A DNA stretch of 48,226 nucleotides from an uncultured Alphaproteobacteria bacterium (GCA_937941545.1 CALDHI010000046.1:1-48226); one strand, 5' to 3'; shown: positions 24,939 through 33,896, numbered from the stretch's first letter. Notes: generated by a model not told the origin, from the sequence alone. Program-made: numbers and translations.

Positions 24939-25484
24939 ATGGTTAACATTATAGGTATTTGTGATAATTCCCCTGACACAATTTGTTTTTATCGTGAGGC
25001 TTTCTCACATTTAGTTGAGCCCCATAATGGTGTTGTATATCCGTCATTATTGGATCTATATAATGAATGGCACGAAGAGAGTGAAACGGAAGTTCCTGAG
25101 TTGTTAATAATGGACGTCTCTCATTTGTACGCAGGGATTGTCATACAAGATTTTGATAGTAAATTCGGGCGACAGGCTGTATCGCATATGCCTGTTTTAT
25201 TGACAGGGGATAAGACCAAATTTAATGATAAAACTATAGAAGAGGCTCAAAAATATTTCAAAGTAGTTGGTTTATTGCCTGGTGCTGCCGTTCTTACAAA
25301 GGTTTTTCCAGAGGTTTTAAATTTTCTGGTGGCAAATATTAGTACTATTTCTGATAGTCCTGCTGGTTACCAAGGGCAAATTAATGAGTTTGTGGCACAG
25401 GAAGCAGGGCATGATTCTCAATATGTTCAAAGTGCTTTGAATCGTTCAAGCAGCACATACACTCATGTTTTTATACCGCAGTAA
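24939..25484 (+). CDS. Hypothetical protein, 181 aa, orphan; weak resemblance to a CheY-like receiver domain
   Basis: The ribosome-binding site AAGGA is followed by 7 nt and the ATG. IIGICDNSP, PELLIMDVSH and MPVLLTGDKT loosely follow the REC beta1/beta3/beta4 pattern. The gene is AT-rich and opposite in orientation to the flanking adk and rpsM. Confidence 0.55.
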   Translation: MVNIIGICDNSPDTICFYREAFSHLVEPHNGVVYPSLLDLYNEWHEESETEVPELLIMDVSHLYAGIVIQDFDSKFGRQAVSHMPVLLTGDKTKFNDKTIEEAQKYFKVVGLLPGAAVLTKVFPEVLNFLVANISTISDSPAGYQGQINEFVAQEAGHDSQYVQSALNRSSSTYTHVFIPQ

Positions 25485-25488
25485 GGGT

Positions 25489-26067
25489 TTAACCCGCAGC
25501 CTCATCCTCTAATATCGCCTCTATCTGCATGGTGACTTCGTCTATGGGGCGCATGCCGTCTATGGGCGATACGATGCCTTGGATTTTGTAGTAGGGAAGC
25601 ACTACGGTGCTGTAATCGCGATATTGGGCGAGACGGGTTTTGAGGGCTTCAACATTATCATCGCTGCGGCCTTCTTCTTGGCTGCGCTTTTCAACACGCT
25701 CAATGAGGGCGTCATGGTCAACTTGGAGTTCAAGCACCATATCAATCTTATGGCCTTTATCTTTCAACATGACGTCGAGGGCTTGCGCTTGGGCATTTGT
25801 GCGAGGGAAGCCATCAAAGATGAAACCTTTAGCTTTTTTCTGACGCTCCATATTATCGGCAATCATGCCAATGACGATTTCATCCGAAACCAGCTTGCCT
25901 TCATCCATGATTTTCTTGGCGGCCAAGCCAAGTTCGGTGCCTTCCGCGATTTGAGCGCGTAGCATGTCACCTGTTGAGAGCTGTCTGAGGCCGTGTTGCG
26001 CTTCGATAATTTTGGCTTGTGTGCCTTTACCTGCCGCAGGAGGGCCAAAGAAAATGACGTTAAACAT
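25489..26067 (-). CDS. adk: Adenylate kinase (short form)
   Basis: FFGPPAAGKGTQA P-loop, LSTGDMLR, GFIFDGFPRT. Confidence 0.95.
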   Translation of the reverse strand: MFNVIFFGPPAAGKGTQAKIIEAQHGLRQLSTGDMLRAQIAEGTELGLAAKKIMDEGKLVSDEIVIGMIADNMERQKKAKGFIFDGFPRTNAQAQALDVMLKDKGHKIDMVLELQVDHDALIERVEKRSQEEGRSDDNVEALKTRLAQYRDYSTVVLPYYKIQGIVSPIDGMRPIDEVTMQIEAILEDEAAG

Positions 26068-26147
26068 GATATAAAACTCCGTTTTAAGCCGTCATACCGG
26101 CAAGCCGGAGGACGCTATCTTAATATATTCAATTATCGTTTATGTTG

Positions 26148-26179
26148 GCGCCCTCCCGCTGGTGGGCATGGCGCTTTTT
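26148..26179 (+). terminator. Plus-sense intrinsic-terminator-like hairpin in the adk-secY spacer
   Basis: GCGCC-(17 nt, with inner CCC/GGG pairing)-GGCGC followed by T5 on the plus strand. Both flanking genes are on the minus strand. Confidence 0.35.
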
Positions 26180-26186
26180 AATAAGT

Positions 26187-27545
26187 TTATCTTCTACGTT
26201 GACGGCCTTTTGTGCCACCTAGTTTAGATTTCTTCATCAGGCCTTCATATTGATGGGCAATCAAATGGGAGTGGATTTGTGCCACTGTGTCCATTGTCAC
26301 CGTCACAACAATCAAGAGGGACGTACCCCCAAAATAGAACGGCATGGAATATTTAGAAATCATAAATTCAGGTAATAAACAGATGAAGACTAGATACAAA
26401 CCACCCACCGCGGTAATGCGCGTTAGGACGTAATCTAGGTAATCTGCTGTGCTTTTACCCGGACGCATCCCTGCGATAAAGCCACCATTCTTTTGTAACA
26501 TCTCAGCATTCTCTTCTGGATTGAATACAATCGCAGTGTAGAAAAAAGCAAAGAACAGGATAAGCGCACCATAGAGCGCCATGTAGATTGGCTGCCCATG
26601 TTGTAGATAGCGCGAAATACTAGCAGTAATGTCACCGCCATCTGCACCTGTGAAGCCAACGACTGTTAAAGGAAGTAGTAGTAACGATGAAGCGAAAATT
26701 GGCGGAATAACACCTGATGTATTTAGCTTCAATGGAATGTGATTTTGTTGCCCCATTTGCATTTGATTGCCTTGCTGGCGTTTGGGGTATTGTACGGTCA
26801 CACGGCGCTGTGCGCGTTCAAAGTAAACAATAACAACAATAACAGCGATAATCATTGCGGCTAAGCCTAGAAGCTCAATTGCGTTAAACTCACCTTGACG
26901 GCCAAGCTCTAAAGTTGAGCCAATGGCACGGGGAAGTTCAGCCACAATACCTGCGAAGATGATAAGAGAGATACCGTTACCGATACCACGTTGCGTGATT
27001 TGCTCACCCAACCACATCAAGAAAACAGTACCACCAACGATAGTGATAACAGTTGAGGCGCGGAAGAAGAGACCCGGATCAATCACGGCAGACCCCGCAG
27101 AGCTTTGCATGCCTTCAAGACCAACGGCCAAGCCGTACGCTTGAACAGTGGCTAAAAGCACGGTTAAATAACGCGTATATTGGTTGATTTTCATACGACC
27201 AGATTCGCCTTCTTTCTTGAGTTTCTCAAGATTAGGGGACATCGCCGTTGCCAGTTGCATGATAATAGATGCCGAGATATACGGCATAATATTCAAGGCA
27301 AAGATGGTCATACGCGACAGCGCACCCCCAGAGAACATGTTCAACATATCCAAGATACCGCCGCCTTTTTGGGAATAAATATCCTTCCAAACAACAGGAT
27401 CAATCCCCGGTACAGGGATATATGTTCCCAAACGATAGATCAGAAGCGCCCCAAGGACGAACATGATGCGACGTTTAAGTTCTGTGGCTTTGGAAAACGC
27501 GCCCCAATTGGCACCTTTCGCAAGTTGTTCAACGGCTGATGACAT
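26187..27545 (-). CDS. secY: Preprotein translocase subunit SecY
   Basis: Ten-transmembrane SecY with GALLIYRLGTYIPVPGID, GIMPYISASII-like and WLGEQITQRGIGNGISLIIF motifs. Confidence 0.95.
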   Translation of the reverse strand: MSSAVEQLAKGANWGAFSKATELKRRIMFVLGALLIYRLGTYIPVPGIDPVVWKDIYSQKGGGILDMLNMFSGGALSRMTIFALNIMPYISASIIMQLATAMSPNLEKLKKEGESGRMKINQYTRYLTVLLATVQAYGLAVGLEGMQSSAGSAVIDPGLFFRASTVITIVGGTVFLMWLGEQITQRGIGNGISLIIFAGIVAELPRAIGSTLELGRQGEFNAIELLGLAAMIIAVIVVIVYFERAQRRVTVQYPKRQQGNQMQMGQQNHIPLKLNTSGVIPPIFASSLLLLPLTVVGFTGADGGDITASISRYLQHGQPIYMALYGALILFFAFFYTAIVFNPEENAEMLQKNGGFIAGMRPGKSTADYLDYVLTRITAVGGLYLVFICLLPEFMISKYSMPFYFGGTSLLIVVTVTMDTVAQIHSHLIAHQYEGLMKKSKLGGTKGRQRRR

Positions 27546-27579
27546 AAAATATACCTTAAATTTAAGTTGTAACTTTAGA

Positions 27580-27608
27580 GATATAGATAATTTAAGAGGT
27601 CATGACAA
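27580..27608 (-). promoter_or_regulatory. Candidate promoter for secY-adk (TTGTCA, 17-nt spacer, TATATC on the minus strand)
   Basis: Read directly in the 80-bp gap between the panB stop and the secY start. Confidence 0.3.
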
Positions 27609-27625
27609 GGTGCTTGTTTGATATT

Positions 27626-28432
27626 TTAAGCGGTTTTCTTTTTTGTCTCTTTATATGTATTCTCAATAGCGGGGAAAGAGCGGGTGCGGACTTCATTTGC
27701 GTATGTCTCTATGCTGTCATTTATGCTGTCGTTTAATTGCGCATATTGTTTCACAAATTTAGGCGGGCGTCCCAGTGATAGGCCTAGCATGTCTTCGGAA
27801 ACTAATATTTGACCGTCACACGCGTTAGAGGCGCCAATGCCGATAGTCGGGATGCTGATACTGGCGGTTATAGCGGCGGCGAGGGGTTCTGGCACGGCTT
27901 CGATTACCACGCTAAACGCACCAGCTTCTTCTACGGCTTTGGCGTCTGTCATAAGTTGTTTGGCGGAGTCTAACTCGCGTCCTTGCACTTTATAGTCCTT
28001 CACATCACTAACACTTTGGGGCAGAAGGCCAATATGTCCCATGACGGGTATATCGTTTTGGGTAAGGTAAGCAATGGTTTCAGCTTGCGCTTGTCCGCCC
28101 TCCAACTTCACTGAGTCGCAACCTGTTTCATCCATGATGTGTTGCGCGTTTTGCAAAGCGGTGATTTTGTCTGTCTCGTAACTGCCATAAGGCATATCAA
28201 CAACAACGAACGCAGTATGCGCAGCCTTTGTGACGGCGCGTCCGTGGCGGATCATCATCGGAATGTCTGCTTTTTGAGTGCTGTCTTCGCCATATAAAAC
28301 CATAGAGACGCTGTCTCCGACGAGTATCAGGTCACAATGTGTGTCTATTAAGGACGCAAGAGGCGCGGTGTAGGCGGTGAGGCATACAAGCGGCATTTCG
28401 GAATTTTGTAAGTCGTGGATTGTTTTTTTCAT
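27626..28432 (-). CDS. panB: 3-methyl-2-oxobutanoate hydroxymethyltransferase
   Basis: CLTAYT...LVGDS...VVVDMPYGSY...VKLEGG...MGHIGLLPQS are typical PanB motifs. Confidence 0.9.
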   Translation of the reverse strand: MKKTIHDLQNSEMPLVCLTAYTAPLASLIDTHCDLILVGDSVSMVLYGEDSTQKADIPMMIRHGRAVTKAAHTAFVVVDMPYGSYETDKITALQNAQHIMDETGCDSVKLEGGQAQAETIAYLTQNDIPVMGHIGLLPQSVSDVKDYKVQGRELDSAKQLMTDAKAVEEAGAFSVVIEAVPEPLAAAITASISIPTIGIGASNACDGQILVSEDMLGLSLGRPPKFVKQYAQLNDSINDSIETYANEVRTRSFPAIENTYKETKKKTA

Positions 28433-28543
28433 TTTTTAGTCGCTTAGGTGGGCAAGCCAGCTATGCGCTCTCCATAATTAATAGTATTTTATTTTGATAC
28501 GCATTATATTTTCCTAAATCAATTGTTTAATTGAAAATTTCAT

Positions 28544-28607
28544 ACGAAGCAATACATCTATAGCTGGCGGTGGATTGCTTCGTCGGCTTCGCCTCCTCGC
28601 AATGACG
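28544..28607. repeat. PAL-1 palindromic repeat, copy D (left arm truncated)
   Basis: ACGAAGCAAT...GGATTGCTTCGTCGGCTTCGCCTCCTCGCAATGACG. Confidence 0.7.
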
Positions 28608-28629
28608 ATTTATGTTTGATGTCGTTACG

Positions 28630-28670
28630 AAGGAAAGCCTTAGCGGGTTTACCCGCCTGAGGCTCTTGAA
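28630..28670 (-). repeat. HP-2 hairpin repeat, copy f
   Basis: AAGGAAAGCCTTAGCGGGTTTACCCGCCTGAGGCTCTTGAA is essentially the reverse complement of copy b, with compensatory changes in the stem. Confidence 0.75.
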
Positions 28671-28728
28671 ATAACAAAGTTATTTTTTACCCTGTCCCAT
28701 TTTTGCCAAAATGTTCGAATAACAATAG

Positions 28729-30135
28729 ATGATGACAAAAACACTTAAATTTATAGCTGTAATTTTAATCCTTATTGGGGCGAGCGCATTTGTGCCTGAT
28801 TCCAAAGCAAGGGAAATACCTGCCAGTCAAACGCAATTGAACCTGTCTTATTCTTCGTTGGTCAAAGAGGTATCGCCCGCCGTGGTGAATATCTATACTA
28901 AGCGTGTCGTGACACGGCGCGCCAGAGCGTCGAGTCCTTTTATGGGTGATCCGTTCTTTGAACAATTTTTTGGTGGTGGACTGAATAAAAGCCAAGTGGA
29001 AAGTTCGCTCGGGTCTGGTGTGGTTGTTGATGGGGAAGGTGTGATTGTCACCAATGCCCATGTTGTGAAAGGGGCGCAGGAAATATCTGTCGTGTTAAAT
29101 GACGGTCAGGAATTTGATGCGAAGGTCACTTTGGCGGATGAGAAATCTGATTTGGCGATTTTGCGAGTGGATACTAAAGGCAAGACGTTACAATCTGCAC
29201 GGTTAAAACCCAGCGAAACATTGGAAGTTGGTGATATTGTCTTAGCGATTGGAAATCCGTTTGGCGTGGGGCAGACGGTGACGAGTGGGATTATCTCCGC
29301 GTTGGCGCGCTCCTCGCTCAATATTAATGATTTTAATTTCTTCATTCAAACCGATGCGGCGATTAATCCAGGGAATTCTGGCGGGCCTTTGGTGGCGATG
29401 GATGGTTCTGTGATTGGAATTAATACGGCGATTTATTCGCGCTCTGGTGGCTCGCTTGGGATTGGTTTTTCCGTGCCGTCCGAAATGGTGCAAAGCGTAA
29501 TTGCGGCGGAAAAATCTGGCGCGACAAATGCCAGCGCGGTGCGCCCTTGGCTGGGTGTAACAGGGCAGACGGTCACGCGTGATATCGCTGCATCCTTAGA
29601 TTTAGATAAGGCGGCAGGCGTGCTGGTGTCTAAAATTCATAAAGAAAGCCCGGCGCGTAAAGCGGGTTTAAAAGTGGGGGACGTTATCACGGCGATTAAT
29701 GGACGTGATATTAATGACCCCACTGAAATGAAATTTCGTCTTGCCATTGTCCCCTTAGGGAACATGGCGGATTTAAAAGTGCTACGACGCGGTGAAACGC
29801 AAGAGTTGAAAATGCAAGCGATGCAACCGCCCGAAGATCCCCCGCGTCAAAAGACGCAGTTGGACGGTGCGCATCCATTACGTGGCATAACTGTAGGTAA
29901 CTTAAACCCACGCTTAGGCGTTGAATTGGGACTAGATACAGACCGTGATGGCGTTGTGGTGGTAGCGGGGCGTAACCGTTTCGTTGATGTGGGTGACATT
30001 ATTGTGTCCATTAATGGCTATGAAATTGAAGATGTGAAAGACTTGAATAAGGAATTGAGCCAAGCCCAACGACGCAATATGTTCGATATCGTCATTGAGC
30101 GCGATGGTCGTCAAAGCCGCGTTGTTGTGCGGTAG
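28729..30135 (+). CDS. Do/DegQ/HtrA family periplasmic serine endoprotease with two PDZ domains
   Basis: Signal peptide, catalytic TNAHVV, DLAILR and GNSGGPL motifs, and two PDZ-like regions. Confidence 0.9.
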   Translation: MMTKTLKFIAVILILIGASAFVPDSKAREIPASQTQLNLSYSSLVKEVSPAVVNIYTKRVVTRRARASSPFMGDPFFEQFFGGGLNKSQVESSLGSGVVVDGEGVIVTNAHVVKGAQEISVVLNDGQEFDAKVTLADEKSDLAILRVDTKGKTLQSARLKPSETLEVGDIVLAIGNPFGVGQTVTSGIISALARSSLNINDFNFFIQTDAAINPGNSGGPLVAMDGSVIGINTAIYSRSGGSLGIGFSVPSEMVQSVIAAEKSGATNASAVRPWLGVTGQTVTRDIAASLDLDKAAGVLVSKIHKESPARKAGLKVGDVITAINGRDINDPTEMKFRLAIVPLGNMADLKVLRRGETQELKMQAMQPPEDPPRQKTQLDGAHPLRGITVGNLNPRLGVELGLDTDRDGVVVVAGRNRFVDVGDIIVSINGYEIEDVKDLNKELSQAQRRNMFDIVIERDGRQSRVVVR

Positions 30136-30147
30136 CCAGATTATTTA

Positions 30148-30177
30148 TTGACATAAACAATGATTTATGTTTATATC
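30148..30177 (+). promoter_or_regulatory. Candidate promoter: TTGACA, 18-nt spacer, TATATC, ending 6 nt before the ATG at 30184
   Basis: TTGACATAA lies at 30148-30156. There is no Shine-Dalgarno sequence before the ATG at 30184 or the ATG at 30160. Confidence 0.3.
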
Positions 30178-30183
30178 TTGCGA

Positions 30184-30861
30184 ATGAAAAACTCCGCAAC
30201 AATCCAAGAAGGTTTTGAATCTATTAATCAAGTTAAGCAGATATACTTTGGCGATGGTGCGCCACAATATATTAACCTAGCAACGGTCAACAGAGAAGAT
30301 GGAACTCCGTATCCATCGAACGTACGTATTGTTCATGGTTCTGGTCTATCAATGTATTTTGTTACTCAAAGTATGAGCCATAAATTACAAGATATTCAAA
30401 ATAATCCTCGTGTTTCTGGTTCAATAATGGTGGGGCCACCCAAGCCAGGAGAAGGCGTAAGTGTATTTTTCAAGGGCGTTGCGCACAAGTTATCAAAGGA
30501 CGAAAATTTCCCTTCTTTTGCACCCGCAAATGAGGATGAACGTGGAACAATGATGAATCGTTTATGTGTGGATCGTGAAGATTACGCAGATAAAGGTAAT
30601 AATATCGCTATTTTATCAGAAAAAACAGATTTGAGATTGTGCCGAATTGTGCTGACAGAGGCTTGGTATAATGGAGGTGTGTGTGATGAAAATTATGACC
30701 TTGAGATAAATGCAAGCAGAGACATAAAATTTGTTATCAGTGATGGAGAACCTATTACCTCGCGTTATATGGTGGATAGTCGATTGCCATTACCTAGTAA
30801 TACTGCTGAGGTTTCTGCAAAAGAAGTTCGAAATTATTTTAAAATCTTCCCTAACTCCTGA
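30184..30861 (+). CDS. Orphan protein with a pyridoxamine 5'-phosphate oxidase-like (FMN-binding split-barrel) N-terminal region
   Basis: LATVNREDGTPYPSNVRIV...MYFVTQSMSHKLQDIQNNPRVSGSIM resembles the PNPOx/general-stress-26 pattern. The start is uncertain (30160 or 30184). Confidence 0.45.
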   Translation: MKNSATIQEGFESINQVKQIYFGDGAPQYINLATVNREDGTPYPSNVRIVHGSGLSMYFVTQSMSHKLQDIQNNPRVSGSIMVGPPKPGEGVSVFFKGVAHKLSKDENFPSFAPANEDERGTMMNRLCVDREDYADKGNNIAILSEKTDLRLCRIVLTEAWYNGGVCDENYDLEINASRDIKFVISDGEPITSRYMVDSRLPLPSNTAEVSAKEVRNYFKIFPNS

Positions 30862-30909
30862 GTGAGTTTTTTCCTTGGTTTTAGGGCTTAGAGCCTTTAA
30901 CTTATCTTC

Positions 30910-32211
30910 ATGACTCAAAGCCTTTTTCAATCTGCGAATTTAGAGAGCAATGCCCCGCGCCCGTTGGCGGATAGGTTGCGCCCGAAGACGTTGGATGAGA
31001 TAGCGGGGCAAGACCATCTTGTCGGGGCAGATGGACAGCTCACCCGTATGTTGAACGCGAAGAAATTAAGCTCGCTTATATTTTGGGGCACGCCTGGGTG
31101 CGGTAAAACGACGATTGCGCGTATATTGGCCGATCATACGGATTATCATTTTGAACAGCTCTCTGCGATTTTTTCTGGTGTGGGGGATTTAAAGAAAGTT
31201 TTTGAAAGCGCGCGGCTAAGACGCGAACAAGGACAGGGGACTTTGTTGTTTGTCGATGAAATTCATCGCTTTAACAAATCTCAACAAGATGCGTTCTTGC
31301 CTGTCATGGAAGATGGCACTATTATTTTGATTGGGGCGACAACTGAAAATCCCTCCTTTGAATTAAACGCGGCGTTATTATCGCGGTGCCAAGTGATGGT
31401 TTTAAAGCGCCTTGATGAGGTTGCGCTAGAAAAATTGTTGGTGCGGGCAGAAGATGAGCTTGGTCAAGCTTTGCCGTTAGAGGATGAAGCGCGAGATGTT
31501 TTGAAGGCAATGGCCGATGGTGATGGGCGTTACCTTCTGACGATGGTGGAGCAATTGAGCCACGTTGAGATAACATTAGATGTCGCGGGGTTGTCGGAAA
31601 TATTACAAAAACGCGCGCCCGTTTACGATAAAAAAGATGATAGCCATTATAATCTTATAAGTGCGTTGCATAAATCAGTGCGCGGCTCGGACGTTAATGC
31701 TGCGCTTTATTGGTTTGCGCGGATGTTAAGCGGGGGTGAAGACCCTAAATATTTGGCGCGACGCTTCACCCGTATGGCAGTGGAAGATATTGGCTTGGCT
31801 GACCCTCATGCGCTGGTTCAATGCGAAACAGCGTGGAAAACGTATGAGCGTTTGGGCAGCCCAGAAGGGGAATTGGCACTGGCGCAGGCGTTGATATATT
31901 TGGCGACCGCGCCCAAATCGAATGCAGGATACGTGGCGTATAAACAGGCGATGAGCTTGGCGAAAAAGACAGGTTCGCTGAACCCACCGGCACATATATT
32001 AAACGCCCCAACGTCAATGATGAAAGATATGGGGTATGGCGCAGGGTATGAATATGACCCCAATACGGCAGATGGTTTTAGTGGCCAAAATTATTTTCCT
32101 GATGATATTGAGCGCGTTGATATTTACCAACCTGTTGAACGCGGGTTTGAGCGGGATATTAAAAAACGCTTAGATTATTGGGCAAAGTTGCGTGCGCAGA
32201 AAAATGGATAA
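30910..32211 (+). CDS. rarA: Replication-associated recombination protein A (AAA+ ATPase)
   Basis: LADRLRPKTLDEIAGQDHL, GTPGCGKTT, LFVDEIHRFNK, the MgsA C-terminal domain and HILNAPT. Confidence 0.93.
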   Translation: MTQSLFQSANLESNAPRPLADRLRPKTLDEIAGQDHLVGADGQLTRMLNAKKLSSLIFWGTPGCGKTTIARILADHTDYHFEQLSAIFSGVGDLKKVFESARLRREQGQGTLLFVDEIHRFNKSQQDAFLPVMEDGTIILIGATTENPSFELNAALLSRCQVMVLKRLDEVALEKLLVRAEDELGQALPLEDEARDVLKAMADGDGRYLLTMVEQLSHVEITLDVAGLSEILQKRAPVYDKKDDSHYNLISALHKSVRGSDVNAALYWFARMLSGGEDPKYLARRFTRMAVEDIGLADPHALVQCETAWKTYERLGSPEGELALAQALIYLATAPKSNAGYVAYKQAMSLAKKTGSLNPPAHILNAPTSMMKDMGYGAGYEYDPNTADGFSGQNYFPDDIERVDIYQPVERGFERDIKKRLDYWAKLRAQKNG

Positions 32212-32230
32212 CTCTTTGGTAGAGATATTA

Positions 32231-32322
32231 TTGCCAAGGAGCTTTAATTTATTGGGGCGACTGAGGCCATCTATCTTAAGTAACGAATGGATTGCTTTGT
32301 CACTTCGTTTCTCGCAATGACG
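32231..32322. repeat. PAL-1 palindromic repeat, copy E (degenerate left arm, clear right arm at 32289-32322)
   Basis: The right arm is GGATTGCTTTGTCACTTCGTTTCTCGCAATGACG. The left part, TTTATTGGGGCGA...CATCTATCT, parallels copy C (TTTATTTGGGCGA...AATCTATCT). Confidence 0.5.
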
Positions 32323-32336
32323 GAGGTTCTTAAACA

Positions 32337-33218
32337 ATGAGAAATTTTGATTTATTTGTTGGGATTGATTGGAGCGGTAGTAAAGCTATCAACACAAAAT
32401 CAATTGCGGTGGCGGAATGTTTGCAAGGGGGTAGTGCGCCAACTCTATTGTCTGATATACGTTCTAGAGCGTCTGTCGCGGATTATATTGAAAGCTTAGC
32501 GCAACAAAATCGCCGCGTTATGATTGGTATAGATGCCAATTTTGGATATTTTCACAAAGTAGGACAAAGGCATTTTGGGACGAATTATCAGGCGCAAGAT
32601 CAATGGCGCATTGTGAATGAATATGCGCGTGAAGATGATAATTTTTATGCGGGTGGGTTCTTTAATCATGCAAAATTTGCGCCTGATTTTTGGCAGACAG
32701 GGACGACACCTGATTGGTTCAACGCAGATGACCTGAGACGGCAAACTGAAAGCCAATGCATTATAGATGGCTATGGTCATCCCGAAAGCCCGTTTAAGAT
32801 TTGTTATACGAAGCAAGTGGGCAAGGGAGGCCTGGCGGTGCAGCGGATGGCGCATTATTTAAAAGAAAAACTAGGTGATAAGATGGCTGTTTGGCCATTT
32901 GAGGATAATGAGAATGCTAAAATTGTGATGAGCGAAATTTATCCGCGCCAATTTCTGATGCGCTGTGGGCACGGCACGACGAAGGTGAAGAGTTTACAAG
33001 ATTTGAATAAAGTGCTGCCTTACTTTAAATCTAATGCGATGCGGGATGAGGGGGATGTCACCGACCACGATACGGATGCCCTAGTATCCGCGGCAGGATT
33101 GCGCTACCTTTGTGGGCAAGAACAAACAATCCCTAACACGCTGGTGCGCCCCTCGATGATGACGGAAGCGGCAAGACGCTGTGAGGGCTGGATATTTGGT
33201 GTAGGGGATAAGGCATAA
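32337..33218 (+). CDS. Hypothetical protein, possibly an RNase H-like fold (DUF429-like)
   Basis: The N-terminal FVGIDWSGSKA and the C-terminal DHDTDALVSAAGL resemble the acidic-residue pattern of DUF429-type proteins. This is a weak call made from memory. Confidence 0.35.
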   Translation: MRNFDLFVGIDWSGSKAINTKSIAVAECLQGGSAPTLLSDIRSRASVADYIESLAQQNRRVMIGIDANFGYFHKVGQRHFGTNYQAQDQWRIVNEYAREDDNFYAGGFFNHAKFAPDFWQTGTTPDWFNADDLRRQTESQCIIDGYGHPESPFKICYTKQVGKGGLAVQRMAHYLKEKLGDKMAVWPFEDNENAKIVMSEIYPRQFLMRCGHGTTKVKSLQDLNKVLPYFKSNAMRDEGDVTDHDTDALVSAAGLRYLCGQEQTIPNTLVRPSMMTEAARRCEGWIFGVGDKA

Positions 33219-33272
33219 TGAGAAATTGTGTACGAAAAAATACTTGGACGAATGAATTAAAAGGGCAGAGAA

Positions 33273-33890
33273 ATGCTTGAAGCATATTTAGCTGCTTTTG
33301 TTATTACAGCAGGAATTATTATAGGGCTTGGCCCACAAAATATTTTTATTATAAAGCAGGGCATTCGTGGGAAGCACGTGTTGGTGACGGTGCTGATTTG
33401 TGAGTTATGTGAAGTTCTGACAATAAGTCTTGGCGCGATTGGCGCGGGGTATGTTTTTTCACAGAATATTTTGCTTCAAAAAATTATTGGTATTGGAGGC
33501 GTATTGTTTCTTTTATTTTATGGCTATAAATCTTTTCGATCCGCTTATCAAAGTCATGCAGATATTGAGCTTCATCGGGAACAAATACCATTAAAAGAAA
33601 TTATCTTGGCTTCGTTGTCTATTTCCCTCCTCAACCCGTGGGCATTAATGGACACAATGGTTATTATCGGCGGCGGCGCGGCGCAATATGAGTCTTTGCA
33701 ATTGATGGTGGTTTTCGTCTTTGGGTCTTTGACGGCCTCAACATTATGGTTTTGTGCCATTGGGTTTGGCTCTAAAAAATTCCAACACATCTTAAATACA
33801 GACAAAGCAAATAAGATATTAGATTTAATAGCAGGCGTCATCATGTGGTTGGCGGCTTTTTACTTAATGAAAACGATGGTGTTAGGATAA
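33273..33890 (+). CDS. LysE/ArgO family amino-acid exporter
   Basis: Six transmembrane segments, the N-terminal GLGPQNIFIIKQG motif, and a size of about 205 aa. Confidence 0.8.
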   Translation: MLEAYLAAFVITAGIIIGLGPQNIFIIKQGIRGKHVLVTVLICELCEVLTISLGAIGAGYVFSQNILLQKIIGIGGVLFLLFYGYKSFRSAYQSHADIELHREQIPLKEIILASLSISLLNPWALMDTMVIIGGGAAQYESLQLMVVFVFGSLTASTLWFCAIGFGSKKFQHILNTDKANKILDLIAGVIMWLAAFYLMKTMVLG

Positions 33891-33896
33891 TATGTC

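Noticed and set aside
33219-33272. Fluoride riboswitch expected near crcB
   Set aside because: I saw no sequence resembling the crcB RNA motif upstream of lysE or crcB. I cannot run a covariance model, so absence is provisional.
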